NCBI GenBank assembly: GCA_963841915.1
Contig: CAWJEN010000006.1
Span: forward strand, 1,681,384-1,745,383
Reading direction: 5' to 3'
DNA length: 64,000 bases
DNA from: an uncultured Planctomycetota bacterium
GTDB taxonomy: Bacteria; Planctomycetota; Phycisphaerae; Tepidisphaerales; Tepidisphaeraceae
Shown here piece after piece: positions 20,197-30,002 of this stretch. The stretch's first letter is position 1. The number at the start of each line of letters is the position of its first letter. The notes below the pieces were generated by a model. The model worked only from the letters and a program-made list of their open reading frames with translations. It was not told where the DNA came from and did not search any database. Made by a program: the position numbers and the translations under genes.

Positions 20197-21189
20197 ATGG
20201 CTACAAGTTACAACGTCGCTCTCGTCGGTGCAGGCGGAATTGCTGCTGCCCACCGTCACGCCGCCACCGCCAGCGAGCGTCGGGTGCAGGTCGTGGCCGC
20301 AGTCGACACGAACCCGGACGCCCCTGCCGCGGTCGATTTGCCGCGGTATGACACGCTGGAGGCACTTCTTGCGTCGGAGCACAAGCCTGACGGGCTGATC
20401 CTGTGCACGCCACCGTCCGTTCGCGGCGACGTCATCGGGCCCGCCCTGGAGGCCGGGCTTGCGGTGTTGAGCGAGAAACCGATCGCCCGCACGTACGGCG
20501 AGGCGAAGCAATTGCTGGCGTTGGTCGAGCGGCATGACGCCGCCGAGCGGGTATTCGTAGGGTATTGCCACCGCTTCACACCGGCCGTCGTCGAGATGCG
20601 TCGTTGGCTGAGCGAGGGCAAGATCGGCACGCCGATCCGCTTCGAGAACACCTTTGCCTGCTGGCACCCGACGATGGGCCAGCGGTGGATGAGCGACATC
20701 GACATCAGTGGCGGCGGTAGCTGGCTCGACACGGGTTGCCACTCGCTGGACCTGTTCCGCTTTGCGACCAACGAGAAGCCCGGCGGGGGCGACGTCAAAG
20801 GCGCGGTCTTCTACCACGAATGGCCCGGCCGCGGTGATAGTGACGGAACGGTCCTGCTCCAAGGCTCGAGTGGCATGGCGGCCGTCATCCAGAGCGGTTG
20901 GCAGGAGCCCGAGCGCTTCATCGTGCGGCTTGTCGGCACCAAGGGCATGCTCAGCTACGACTATCTCGTGCCCGAAGTCCTCTATTGGCAGCCCAGCGAC
21001 GTGAGCTTCGATGTGCCTGTGCAGCATGCCATCGAGTCGAACGACGTCCGTTTCACGCGGCAACTCGAGGCGTTCGCCCGTCGGGCACGCGGAGCAAGCG
21101 AGGCCGGCGACGAGCGACTCTGCACGGTCGCCGAGGCCGTCGAGGTGGCTCGACTGGTCGACGAGGCGACAAAGTTGGCAGGTGCTTGA
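20197..21189 (+). CDS. Gfo/Idh/MocA family oxidoreductase
   Basis: VGAGGIA, EKPIA and GGGSWLDTGCHSLD. Confidence 0.9.
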   Translation: MATSYNVALVGAGGIAAAHRHAATASERRVQVVAAVDTNPDAPAAVDLPRYDTLEALLASEHKPDGLILCTPPSVRGDVIGPALEAGLAVLSEKPIARTYGEAKQLLALVERHDAAERVFVGYCHRFTPAVVEMRRWLSEGKIGTPIRFENTFACWHPTMGQRWMSDIDISGGGSWLDTGCHSLDLFRFATNEKPGGGDVKGAVFYHEWPGRGDSDGTVLLQGSSGMAAVIQSGWQEPERFIVRLVGTKGMLSYDYLVPEVLYWQPSDVSFDVPVQHAIESNDVRFTRQLEAFARRARGASEAGDERLCTVAEAVEVARLVDEATKLAGA

Positions 21190-21206
21190 ATTGGCGTCGA
21201 GGGCGA

Positions 21207-21218
21207 ATCTTCTATAAC
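21207..21218. promoter_or_regulatory. Candidate operator ATCTTCTATAAC
   Basis: 11/12 identical to 20181-20192, in a 40-bp intergenic gap. Confidence 0.45.
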
Positions 21219-21229
21219 ATTGACGGGGC

Positions 21230-22243
21230 GTGGCCGACATCTCTTCATCACCGCTGGGCGTTGGCGTGATCGGCCTGGGGTTCATGGGCCAGACGCACGT
21301 CAGGGCCTACGCCAAGGCGGCCGCGGACGGGCACTCGTGCCGGCTTGTCGCCGTCGCCGACGGCAATGCAGATCGCCGGGCGGGCAAGCCCGGCTCCACC
21401 GGCAACTCCGACGCGACCTCCGACGGCCCGTTGTTCGACCCCAGCGAGGTCAACGGCTACGCCGACGTGGCTGACCTTCTCGATGACGACGCCGTCGAGG
21501 TCGTCAGTATCTGCACGCCGACCGACACGCACGTGGCATTGGCCGAACAGGCGCTGCGGGCGGGAAAGCATGTGCTCGTCGAGAAGCCGGTGGCAGTGGC
21601 GACCGAACGGATCGAGCAGTTGGCGGAAATCGCCGATGAGACCGGCCGGACGTGCATGCCGGCGATGTGCATGCGGTTCTGGCCCGGCTGGACCCAACTG
21701 TTTGGTGACGCGTACGGCAAGCTGCAATCGCTGTCGATCACCCGCATCAGCGGTCGGCCCACGTGGAGCGACTTCTACGCCGACACCACGCGGAGTGGCG
21801 GGGCGTTGCTCGACCTGCACGTCCACGACACCGACTTTCTTTGCGCCCTGCTCGGCACACCGGCAGCGGTCACGAGCGTCGGCAGCCTGGACGCGCTCAC
21901 GACGCTGTATCACTACGACGAAGGTCCCGCCCGCGTGACGGCAGAGGGCGGCTGGCACCACGAGGGCACTAGCTTTCGCATGCGATTTCTGGCCGTCTTC
22001 GACGACGCGACGCTCGATTTTGATGGCGACCGCGACACGCCTTTACTCGTGTGCCGCGACGGCAAGGCCGAGCCATTCGAGTTGCCCGACGCGAGCGGCT
22101 ACGACGGCGAGATTCGGCACTTCATCGATAGCGTCGCCACCGGCCGCACGCCCTCACCGACTCTGGCCGACGCGGTCGCGACGCATCGCGTCCTCGACGC
22201 CGAACGACAGAGCGTTGGCAACCATTGCAGGGTTACGCTGTGA
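21230..22243 (+). CDS. Gfo/Idh/MocA family oxidoreductase
   Basis: IGLGFMG, EKPVA and GGALLDLHVHD. Confidence 0.9.
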   Translation: MADISSSPLGVGVIGLGFMGQTHVRAYAKAAADGHSCRLVAVADGNADRRAGKPGSTGNSDATSDGPLFDPSEVNGYADVADLLDDDAVEVVSICTPTDTHVALAEQALRAGKHVLVEKPVAVATERIEQLAEIADETGRTCMPAMCMRFWPGWTQLFGDAYGKLQSLSITRISGRPTWSDFYADTTRSGGALLDLHVHDTDFLCALLGTPAAVTSVGSLDALTTLYHYDEGPARVTAEGGWHHEGTSFRMRFLAVFDDATLDFDGDRDTPLLVCRDGKAEPFELPDASGYDGEIRHFIDSVATGRTPSPTLADAVATHRVLDAERQSVGNHCRVTL

Positions 22244-23169
22244 CCGAAGTAAGCTCCAACATGAACCAGAACTCCAGTACATTTCGCCTCGGCGTGGTCG
22301 GCATCGACTCGTCGCACCTCTCGGCCTTCACTTCGCGTATTGCCGACCTCAATGGCGCAGGTAAGACGGCCTGCCGGGTGACGCAGATGTGGACCGACGG
22401 CCGTCACGAGATGCCTGAAGAGGACGTGGCGACGTGGAAGGCCGACGCTGAGAAGCTTGGTGTTACGACGGCCGATTCACTTGACGCACTGCTCGACAAC
22501 GTGGACGGCGTGATGGTGCTGGCCGTCAACGGCAACCGTCACCTGGAGCTGGCGCTGCCGTCGCTCAAGCGAGGCTTGCCGACATACGTGGACAAGCCGC
22601 TGACGTGCTCGCTGAGCGAGGCCAAGGAACTTCTCGCCGCCAGCCGAGGAGGCAACGCCCGGTGCTACTCGGCCAGCAGTCTTCGTTTCGTCCAGGAGCT
22701 CGAAACACTCGACCGCGGCGTGATCGGTAACGTCGTCGCTGTCGACGCCTTCGGCCCAGGCGAAGTCAACGACTCGATGGCCGGCCTGTTCTTCTACGGC
22801 GTGCACGCAATCGAACTCGTCGACGCCCTCATGGGTCCGGGCGTCGCAAGCGTGTCGTGCGTCAACGAGGCCGACCGCGACCTTGTCCGCCTGCGGTACA
22901 GCGACGGCCGCTTCGCCTCGATTCGGCTCGAACGCAAGGGCGGCTACGCGTTCGGTGCCACCGTGCACGGTGAGAAAGACGCGGCGTCCTTCGTCGTTGA
23001 TTTTGCCCCGGTCTACGCCCGCCTCGTCGCCGGCATGTGCCGCTTCTTTGAAGGCGGCGACGCTCCGGTGGACCTGCGGGACATTGTCGAGAACGTCGCC
23101 GTCATGGAAGCCGGCAACGCCTCGGCGGCGGCGGGCGGTGCCTGGGTCGACGTGGAAACCATCTCATGA
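22240..23169 (+). CDS. Gfo/Idh/MocA family oxidoreductase (DSSH/VDKP subtype)
   Basis: GIDSSH, YVDKPL, SSLRF and YGVH. Start at 22240 (GTGA overlap) or 22261. Confidence 0.85.
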   Translation: MTEVSSNMNQNSSTFRLGVVGIDSSHLSAFTSRIADLNGAGKTACRVTQMWTDGRHEMPEEDVATWKADAEKLGVTTADSLDALLDNVDGVMVLAVNGNRHLELALPSLKRGLPTYVDKPLTCSLSEAKELLAASRGGNARCYSASSLRFVQELETLDRGVIGNVVAVDAFGPGEVNDSMAGLFFYGVHAIELVDALMGPGVASVSCVNEADRDLVRLRYSDGRFASIRLERKGGYAFGATVHGEKDAASFVVDFAPVYARLVAGMCRFFEGGDAPVDLRDIVENVAVMEAGNASAAAGGAWVDVETIS

Positions 23170-25202
23170 AACACGCGCTTCTCATCGTGCTGACGTGCCT
23201 GCTCGTCGGCTGCGAGTCCAAGCGGTACACGCCGCCCGCTATGCCTGCCGTAGAGCCTTTGGTGCAGCTCGAACCGATGTCGCTCGACGATGCCCTTGCT
23301 CAGCTGGACGATCGGCCGCGTTGGGACGCGTTCCCACCGCTTGACCTGCCACGACATCCGGCCGAGACATACCTCAAAGGCCTGACCATCGTCCTCGATC
23401 CCGGTCACGGCGGCGACGCGCATCTGCCCGGCTTCAAACGCGGCCCGACCGGTGTCCGCGAGGCCGAGATCAACCTGCGGGTCGCCCTGCTTTTGCAAAA
23501 GCTGCTCGAAGATGCGGGCGTGCAGGTTGTGCTCACCCGCAACGTTGACCGCGACCTGTCGCTCGCCGACCGAGCCGCCGTCGCCAACAAGGCGAAGGCT
23601 GACTTGTTCCTGTCGCTGCACCACAACGCCAGCGACACGCCGACCGTTAACTACACGAGCATCTGGGTCCACGGCGATCTGGCCGACGCGCCACCCGGAT
23701 TCGACGCCGCCCGACACGTCGCTGCCGGGCTCGGCAAGTACCTGCGGACCGATGTCGACTACACGTCGCCCATCATGAGTGATCGCCAGATGTACGAGTC
23801 CGGCTTTGGCGTGCTGCGCGGTGCCGACGTGCCGGCCATGCTCGTCGAGGCCAGCTTTCATTCAAACCCTAATGAAGAACAGCGTCTCGCCGACGCCCGG
23901 CACAACCTCCGCGAGGCGTACGGCATCTACGAAGGCCTCTGCAATTGGGCCCTGGGCGGCAGGCCGAGCCAACGCGTCACGATCGACAACGACTCCTTCG
24001 CTGCAGATCTTTCGACCGGATTGCCCGGCTGGTGGGGCGATGAGTTCCGCGGGCCGTTGATCGCCTCGATCAGCGTGACAATCGACGGCAAGCGTGTGCC
24101 GCACCTTTACGATGCCGACTCTCGCCGCGTCACCGCAGATGTACCCGCGGACGCTGAGCAGATCGAGCTGTTCCACCTCAACACCAACGGCCACGCCAAT
24201 TGGCCGCGGATCTACGACGTGAAGCCCGACGACCCGACGACGCAACCTGTCACCGATGCCGGCCAGCCGTGGCTGAAAGCTGGAACCGCCAAGCTGCCGT
24301 TCGTCTTGCTCGACGGCGGGGCGACGGCCACGTCGCAAACCACACTCGACGCCTTCGAACTTCCGGCTGGCAGCGCGCTCACCATCGCCCGCGTCGATCG
24401 GGTGGGTGATGTGCGGGCGCTGCGGTGGCGTGACACCGGCGACGTCGGCTTTTACCCGGCCAGCACCGTCAAACTCGCGACCGCGCTCATGACGCTGCGG
24501 CAGCTTCGTGATCTCGATGCCGACGTCTTGCCCGAGGCGTGGCAGGTCTCACTCGACGGCTCGCCGCCTGCGAACGTGATGAAGCTGCTGCGCGTCATGA
24601 TCGCCGACAGCGATAACGAGGCGTTCAACACGCTGCAGGAAGTCGCCGGCTTTGCCGAGACGAGCGACTTTCTGAAGAAGATCGGCTGCGACACGCTGAC
24701 CATCCGCCGTCACTTCACGCGGCCACACTGGAACTACAGCCGTCCGGCCGTCTTGACGCGGGGCGACGGCACGACGGTCGACATCGCCGCGCGACCCGCG
24801 CCCGACACGCCGCTTAACGCAGCCGGTGGCGAGTCGAACTGGTCGACCACGGACGACTTCGTGAAGCTGCTCGCGGCGACCTTCTTCACCGACGCCCGTG
24901 AGCTTCCCGGCTTCGACGTGCTGGCTGAGGCGATGCGAGAGAACAACGAGCCGTTCATCGGCAGGGGCCTGGAGCCGCTAGGCGGATTCACCACTTTCGG
25001 CAAGCCCGGCTGGTGGCCCCCGGACGGCAACTTCGTCGACGCCGCCTACGCCTACGACGCCAGGGAAGACGCTCACTACCTCGTCTCGATCTACTGGCAA
25101 GGCGGCGGTGGCGAAGACGAACTGCAGGGCGCCCGCGACGGCATCGCCGGCGTCGTCCGCCGCGTCTTCACCGCCATCCGCGCGGGGGAGATTCGACTAT
25201 GA
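23166..25202 (+). CDS. Lipoprotein: N-acetylmuramoyl-L-alanine amidase (Amidase_3) fused to class-A beta-lactamase-fold serine hydrolase
   Basis: LVGC lipobox; LDPGHGG..E, SLHHN and LVE Zn motifs; C-terminal STVK, SDN and KPG. Confidence 0.85.
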   Translation: MKHALLIVLTCLLVGCESKRYTPPAMPAVEPLVQLEPMSLDDALAQLDDRPRWDAFPPLDLPRHPAETYLKGLTIVLDPGHGGDAHLPGFKRGPTGVREAEINLRVALLLQKLLEDAGVQVVLTRNVDRDLSLADRAAVANKAKADLFLSLHHNASDTPTVNYTSIWVHGDLADAPPGFDAARHVAAGLGKYLRTDVDYTSPIMSDRQMYESGFGVLRGADVPAMLVEASFHSNPNEEQRLADARHNLREAYGIYEGLCNWALGGRPSQRVTIDNDSFAADLSTGLPGWWGDEFRGPLIASISVTIDGKRVPHLYDADSRRVTADVPADAEQIELFHLNTNGHANWPRIYDVKPDDPTTQPVTDAGQPWLKAGTAKLPFVLLDGGATATSQTTLDAFELPAGSALTIARVDRVGDVRALRWRDTGDVGFYPASTVKLATALMTLRQLRDLDADVLPEAWQVSLDGSPPANVMKLLRVMIADSDNEAFNTLQEVAGFAETSDFLKKIGCDTLTIRRHFTRPHWNYSRPAVLTRGDGTTVDIAARPAPDTPLNAAGGESNWSTTDDFVKLLAATFFTDARELPGFDVLAEAMRENNEPFIGRGLEPLGGFTTFGKPGWWPPDGNFVDAAYAYDAREDAHYLVSIYWQGGGGEDELQGARDGIAGVVRRVFTAIRAGEIRL

Positions 25203-26041
25203 AGCGACACCTCGTCACGCGACTTGCCAGCGTCGGCTTCGTGACCTTTTGCTGCCTGGCGGTCGGCTGTGCATCCCAGGCGACGCCGACGACGCAACCC
25301 AACGCCGAGCAGTTCGACGTGCAGGCCGTCGAGCTGTCGACGCCCGACGGCATCGCCCGCGGACAGGTGGCGGTGATCGACCTGACGGATCCGTCGATCG
25401 AGGTCAAGACGCTCATCCCGTTCGAGAGCGGGCTGCGGCTCGATCTACGGACGACTGAATCGCTTGTCCGCGACGGCACCGTCGATCTGGCCGTCAACGC
25501 CAACTACTTCGGAAACGACGGCATCGTCGGCTTATCGGTCGTTGACGGCCAGGCCGTGAACCCGGCCCGCGGTAGCGACCCGGTGCTGCTTATCCGCGAC
25601 GGCTCCGCTGAGGTGCGGTACGGGCCGGGTGACCTCACGGGCGTGCAACAGGCGGTTGCGGGCGTCGGGCCCAACGCCACGATCTTGATCGGCACAATGC
25701 TCGTCCTCGACGGCGAGAACCTTGGCAAAACCGCCCGCGTCGAGCCGTTGAACCGTCACCCGCGAACGGCCGTCGGCGTCGACCGCTCTGGCAAGCAATT
25801 GATTTTGATGGTTATCGACGGCCGCCAACCCGACCACAGCGTCGGCGTCACGCTGCCCGAATTGGCCGAGGCGATGATCGCGCAAGGCGTTGACGACGCC
25901 ATCAATCTGGACGGTGGCGGCTCGTCGGTCTTGGCGTGGCGCGACGGGTCAGCCGTCCGAACCACGCAGCAGAGTCAAGACGAACATCGGCGTGTTCCCG
26001 TCCACCTTGGCGTGCGGCGGACGAACGATCGTGTAGAGTGA
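25199..26041 (+). CDS. Phosphodiester glycosidase (NAGPA-like) lipoprotein
   Basis: AVGC lipobox; AVNANYF, HPRTAVG, IDGRQ and NLDGGGSS. Confidence 0.88.
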   Translation: MKRHLVTRLASVGFVTFCCLAVGCASQATPTTQPNAEQFDVQAVELSTPDGIARGQVAVIDLTDPSIEVKTLIPFESGLRLDLRTTESLVRDGTVDLAVNANYFGNDGIVGLSVVDGQAVNPARGSDPVLLIRDGSAEVRYGPGDLTGVQQAVAGVGPNATILIGTMLVLDGENLGKTARVEPLNRHPRTAVGVDRSGKQLILMVIDGRQPDHSVGVTLPELAEAMIAQGVDDAINLDGGGSSVLAWRDGSAVRTTQQSQDEHRRVPVHLGVRRTNDRVE

Positions 26042-26050
26042 GCCAAGGCG

Positions 26051-27190
26051 ATGATCCGTGCTAAAGCCGACAACCCCGCAGGAGCACCGCTGATGCCGGT
26101 CCACGCAGAAGCGGGCAAGCCGCTGTACGTCGTGGCCCGCGATGCTATCCGGTCGGCCATCGACGACGGTCTGTTCGAGCCGGGCCAACGCATGCCGTCG
26201 ACCGCCAACATTTCGCGTCAGATGAAGGTCTCGCTCGTCACCGCACACCGCGCTCTGGGCGAATTGGTTGGAGACGGCCTGCTGAATCGACAGCAAGGTC
26301 GTGGGACGTTCGTCCGGCGAAGCGTTGGGGCAGAAACGCAAACCGTCCGCGCCGCCGGTCGCGTGGGACTTGTCGTTCACAAAGAAAGTTCGCTGGCCGA
26401 CCACTTCCACGGGCAAGTGCTCGAGGGCGTACGGCAGGCGGCGCGGGCGGCGCACCTGGACTTGATGCTGCTCCGATTCGGCGACGACCTGCGGCGCGAG
26501 TGCGACGGCTTTTTATGGGTCAACCCGCTGCCTGGCGAGGTGGCGGAGATGCGGCGGCGGAGCGGGAACAGGCCTTGCGTCATCGCCGGGGCCAAGGTGC
26601 CGCCCGAGCTGGCTGAAACCGTCGCTGCCGTTGATGCCGACAATCGCGGCCTGGCAGAGACGGCGACGAAGCACCTGCTCGACCTCGGCCACCGCCGGCT
26701 GGGCTACGTCGGCGGCGGGGCACACGACGACGCAGCCAGCAACGCCCGCGACCGCCGACTCGGATTCAACACCGCCTGTGCCAAGCGAAGCGTCAGCGTC
26801 TGCCCTTGCAACACGCTCGACGCCAAGGCGTGGCGTCTGGAGCCGAGCGAGCGACAGCGGCTGGTCGAGATGCTCCGCGGTGACGAGCGACCGACGGCCA
26901 TATTTGCCGCTGGTTACTACTACGCACTCGACGTGTACACCGCCGCGAGCGAGGCCGGCCTCTCCTTGCCGGGCGACTTGAGCGTGGTAGGCGTCGACGA
27001 TCCGCCCTCAGCGGCGCACCTGTCTCCGCCACTGACAACGATGCGACAGCCGTTGGTTCGGCTCGGGCATGCTGCGGTCGCGGCGCTGGTCAAGCAGCTC
27101 AGCGGTGAGGCCGTCGACCACACGATCTCGCGCAGGCGGTCACTGTTTGCCGAGCTCATCATCCGTGGCAGTACAGGTCCTGCGGCATGA
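26051..27190 (+). CDS. GntR-HTH / LacI-type sugar-binding transcriptional regulator (AraR-like architecture)
   Basis: N-terminal wHTH (VSLVTAHRAL..QGRGTFV); C-terminal LGHRR, SVVGVDD and PPLTTMRQP. Confidence 0.9.
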   Translation: MIRAKADNPAGAPLMPVHAEAGKPLYVVARDAIRSAIDDGLFEPGQRMPSTANISRQMKVSLVTAHRALGELVGDGLLNRQQGRGTFVRRSVGAETQTVRAAGRVGLVVHKESSLADHFHGQVLEGVRQAARAAHLDLMLLRFGDDLRRECDGFLWVNPLPGEVAEMRRRSGNRPCVIAGAKVPPELAETVAAVDADNRGLAETATKHLLDLGHRRLGYVGGGAHDDAASNARDRRLGFNTACAKRSVSVCPCNTLDAKAWRLEPSERQRLVEMLRGDERPTAIFAAGYYYALDVYTAASEAGLSLPGDLSVVGVDDPPSAAHLSPPLTTMRQPLVRLGHAAVAALVKQLSGEAVDHTISRRRSLFAELIIRGSTGPAA

Positions 27191-28836
27191 GTCAGGTGCT
27201 CGAGACAGACGTCCTTGTCGTCGGTGGCGGCACGGGTGGTGTCGCGGCAGCGCTTGCCGTGGCAGAGGCCGGCCGGTCGTGCATCATCGTCGAGCCGACC
27301 ACATGGCTGGGCGGGCAGCTTACCAGCCAGGCCGTTCCGCCCGACGAGCACAAGTGGATCGAGGGCAACGACGGCTTCAGCGGCTGCACGCGGTCGTACA
27401 GTGACTTCCGCCGCCGCGTCCGGCAGTGGTATCGATCGCATGGCAACCTCACGCCTGAAGCCGCGGCTGACCCGCACCTCAACCCCGGCGGCGGATGGGT
27501 CAGCCGACTGTGCTTCGACCCACGCGTCGGTGTCAGCGTTATTGATGACTTGCTCGCACCACACGTTGCCGCGGGCCGCGTGCGGGTGCTGTACGAGAGC
27601 CGGCCTGTTTCGGCCGACGTGGATCGCGAACACGTCCGAACGGCCACAGTCCGTCAGGAGAGTGGCCGGGAACTGGTCATCGCAGCGAGCTATTTTCTTG
27701 ACGCGACGGAGTTTGGCGACTTGTACCCGCTCGTCGGGTTGCCGTTCATGCTCGGGGCCGAGGGTGCGGACGTTTTCGGTGAGCTGCACGGCCGGGGCGA
27801 CCTCGGCCGCGAGACGGACGCAAACGATCAGCAGGCGGTCACGTGGTGCTTCGCCGTCGAGCATCGCCCCGGCGAAGATCACACGATCACGAAGCCGACG
27901 ACGTATGCGGCGTGGCGAGATTTCGTGCCCGACCTGACACCGCCTTGGCCGGGGCCGTTATTTTCCTGGCAGATCGATGATGCGGAACATCCGCGGACGC
28001 TCCGCATGATCCCGCCACCGGCCGAGTCGGGTGACGAGCTGGAGCTGTGGCGGTATCGCCGCATCGTCGACTCAAGCGCACACATCGACGGTCGCGGTGA
28101 CGTGTGTTTGTGGAACACGGTGCAGACGGACTACTTTCGATCGCCCGCCGTTTTACCAGGGACCGACCCGTACGCCGGCCGCGCCGACGCCATGGCCGCA
28201 ACGCGCGAGTTGTCACGTTGCTTCCTCTACTGGTTGCAGACGGACGCCCCACGACACGACGGCGGCACCGGCTATCCGGGACTGCTGCCACGAGGCGACG
28301 TGCTGGGCACGAACGACGGCCTGGCGATGGCGTGCTACGTCCGGGAACCGCGCCGCCTGATTGCCCAGACCATCGTGACAGAGGCCCACGTCGGCGTGGA
28401 TCAACGCAAGGCCGAGGGTAAAGAGACCACCCGAGGCGAACGCTTCGCTGACTCGATCGGCATCGGGCACTACATGATCGATCTGCACCCGACAGCCGCG
28501 GGGCGCAACAGTGTCTACGTCGAGGCTGCCCCATTTGAGCTGCCGATGGGAGCGTTGCTGCCCGAACAGGGCGGTTCCGGCTGGCGCAACGTCATCGCCG
28601 CCGGCAAGGCGATAGGCGTCAGCCACGTCGCCAACGGCTGCACGCGGCTGCACCCGGTCGAGTGGGTGATCGGCGAGGCCGCGGGCTCGCTGGCCGCGTG
28701 GTGCGTGAACGAGAAGACACAGCCACACGTTGTGCGGCACGCGACGTCGTCTGCCGGCACATCAGGAGCAACTTTCAAGGATCACCTCCTCGGACGAGGC
28801 CAGGAACTGTTGTGGCCGGAGCGTCAATTAGATTGA
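27187..28836 (+). CDS. FAD-dependent oxidoreductase (PF12831-like)
   Basis: VVGGGTGG, WLGGQLTSQ, DATEFGD, YVREPRR and RLHPVEW. Confidence 0.85.
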   Translation: MSQVLETDVLVVGGGTGGVAAALAVAEAGRSCIIVEPTTWLGGQLTSQAVPPDEHKWIEGNDGFSGCTRSYSDFRRRVRQWYRSHGNLTPEAAADPHLNPGGGWVSRLCFDPRVGVSVIDDLLAPHVAAGRVRVLYESRPVSADVDREHVRTATVRQESGRELVIAASYFLDATEFGDLYPLVGLPFMLGAEGADVFGELHGRGDLGRETDANDQQAVTWCFAVEHRPGEDHTITKPTTYAAWRDFVPDLTPPWPGPLFSWQIDDAEHPRTLRMIPPPAESGDELELWRYRRIVDSSAHIDGRGDVCLWNTVQTDYFRSPAVLPGTDPYAGRADAMAATRELSRCFLYWLQTDAPRHDGGTGYPGLLPRGDVLGTNDGLAMACYVREPRRLIAQTIVTEAHVGVDQRKAEGKETTRGERFADSIGIGHYMIDLHPTAAGRNSVYVEAAPFELPMGALLPEQGGSGWRNVIAAGKAIGVSHVANGCTRLHPVEWVIGEAAGSLAAWCVNEKTQPHVVRHATSSAGTSGATFKDHLLGRGQELLWPERQLD

Positions 28837-28876
28837 CACCGGGCGGGAGTGTGGTAGGTTGAGCATTATATAAGAA
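28833..28876 (+). promoter_or_regulatory. Sigma70-like promoter (TTGACA-N16-TAGGTT) followed by candidate operator ATTATATAAGAA
   Basis: -35 at 28833, extended -10 at 28855, and a TTATATAA palindrome over the expected transcription start. Confidence 0.6.
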
Positions 28877-28969
28877 TCCGGGCGGCGAAGGCTGACGAAT
28901 GTTCGTCACGGTCACGCTTCGAGCAAGACCTTTGCCTCGCCCGCTCAACTTTGTGGAGAAGGAGAAACC

Positions 28970-29920
28970 ATGCTCATGAAGAACGCGACTCTCGCCATCA
29001 CGACGGCAGCCCTTGCGGGTCTGGCCACCAGCGCCTCGGCTCAGGTCATTGCGGCCGACAGCTTCGTCACCGACGAAGGTGCCGGCACGTACGTCGACAA
29101 CTCCGGCCTCAACGGACAGAATGCCACGGTCGGCACGACCGGCTTCAGCACCGCCTGGAGCGTCGGCAGCGCCAACCTGCAGCCCGACACCATCACGCTG
29201 ACGCAGCCCCCGACGACCGATCAGTACGCCACCGGCGGCAAAGGCTCGTACATCGGCAGCAGCTTCAACGCCTTCCGCCGCGGCTTCCGTGCGGTTGACA
29301 GCTACACCCCTGTCGCCGATGGCGGTGACTACTGGATGAGCTTCCTCGTCAACTCCGGCGGTCAGTTCGTCGCCGGTGGTCGTACCGACGGCTACGCACT
29401 CGTCGGCTACACGAACTTCTTCAACCAAGCAGCCTTCGAGAACCAGGCCGGCAGCGCCAACGCCTTCGGCCTGCAGGTCGGCTACAAGGGCAACGGCGGC
29501 GGTGCCGCTGGTGACTTCGACCTCATCGTCCGTGCCCGTGACGGCAGCGGTGACCTGACCGACTTCGTCCTTGATGACACGCCCGTCGCCGGTGCGACGA
29601 ACCTGATCGTCCTCAAGGTTTCGGCCGGTGCCGGCGCCGACGTCGTCGACTACTGGGTCGACCCGGGCGACGCCTCCAGCGAGGTCGCGCTCGACCTGAC
29701 TGCCGCCTCGAGTGGCACGCTCAACACGTTTGCCTTCAACACGCCCAGCGACGTTGATCGCCTCAACGTGCTGACGACGAACTGGTCGCGTGGCTTCTTC
29801 TATGACGAGGCCCGCTTCGCCTACGACCTGGCCGGCGCTGTGCCGGTTCCGGAACCCACGACTGCTGGCGTTGCCCTGATCGCCGCCGGTGGCCTGCTGG
29901 CCCGCCGCCGTCGCGCCTGA
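28970..29920 (+). CDS. PEP-CTERM surface protein
   Basis: SD GGAG, signal peptide and VPEP-TM-RRRR. Confidence 0.88.
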   Translation: MLMKNATLAITTAALAGLATSASAQVIAADSFVTDEGAGTYVDNSGLNGQNATVGTTGFSTAWSVGSANLQPDTITLTQPPTTDQYATGGKGSYIGSSFNAFRRGFRAVDSYTPVADGGDYWMSFLVNSGGQFVAGGRTDGYALVGYTNFFNQAAFENQAGSANAFGLQVGYKGNGGGAAGDFDLIVRARDGSGDLTDFVLDDTPVAGATNLIVLKVSAGAGADVVDYWVDPGDASSEVALDLTAASSGTLNTFAFNTPSDVDRLNVLTTNWSRGFFYDEARFAYDLAGAVPVPEPTTAGVALIAAGGLLARRRRA

Positions 29921-30002
29921 ATGAGTTTCAGCCACCGCTCGCTCAACCGCGATCGGCGGCCTTTGCGGCACCGTCCGCTTTCCCTTGCCTCTTGGAGTTG
30001 GA

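Noticed and set aside
24440..25202. Antibiotic-resistance beta-lactamase
   Set aside because: Fused to an amidase, has KPG rather than KTG, and I see no clear omega-loop ExxLN; a wall-peptide hydrolase is more plausible
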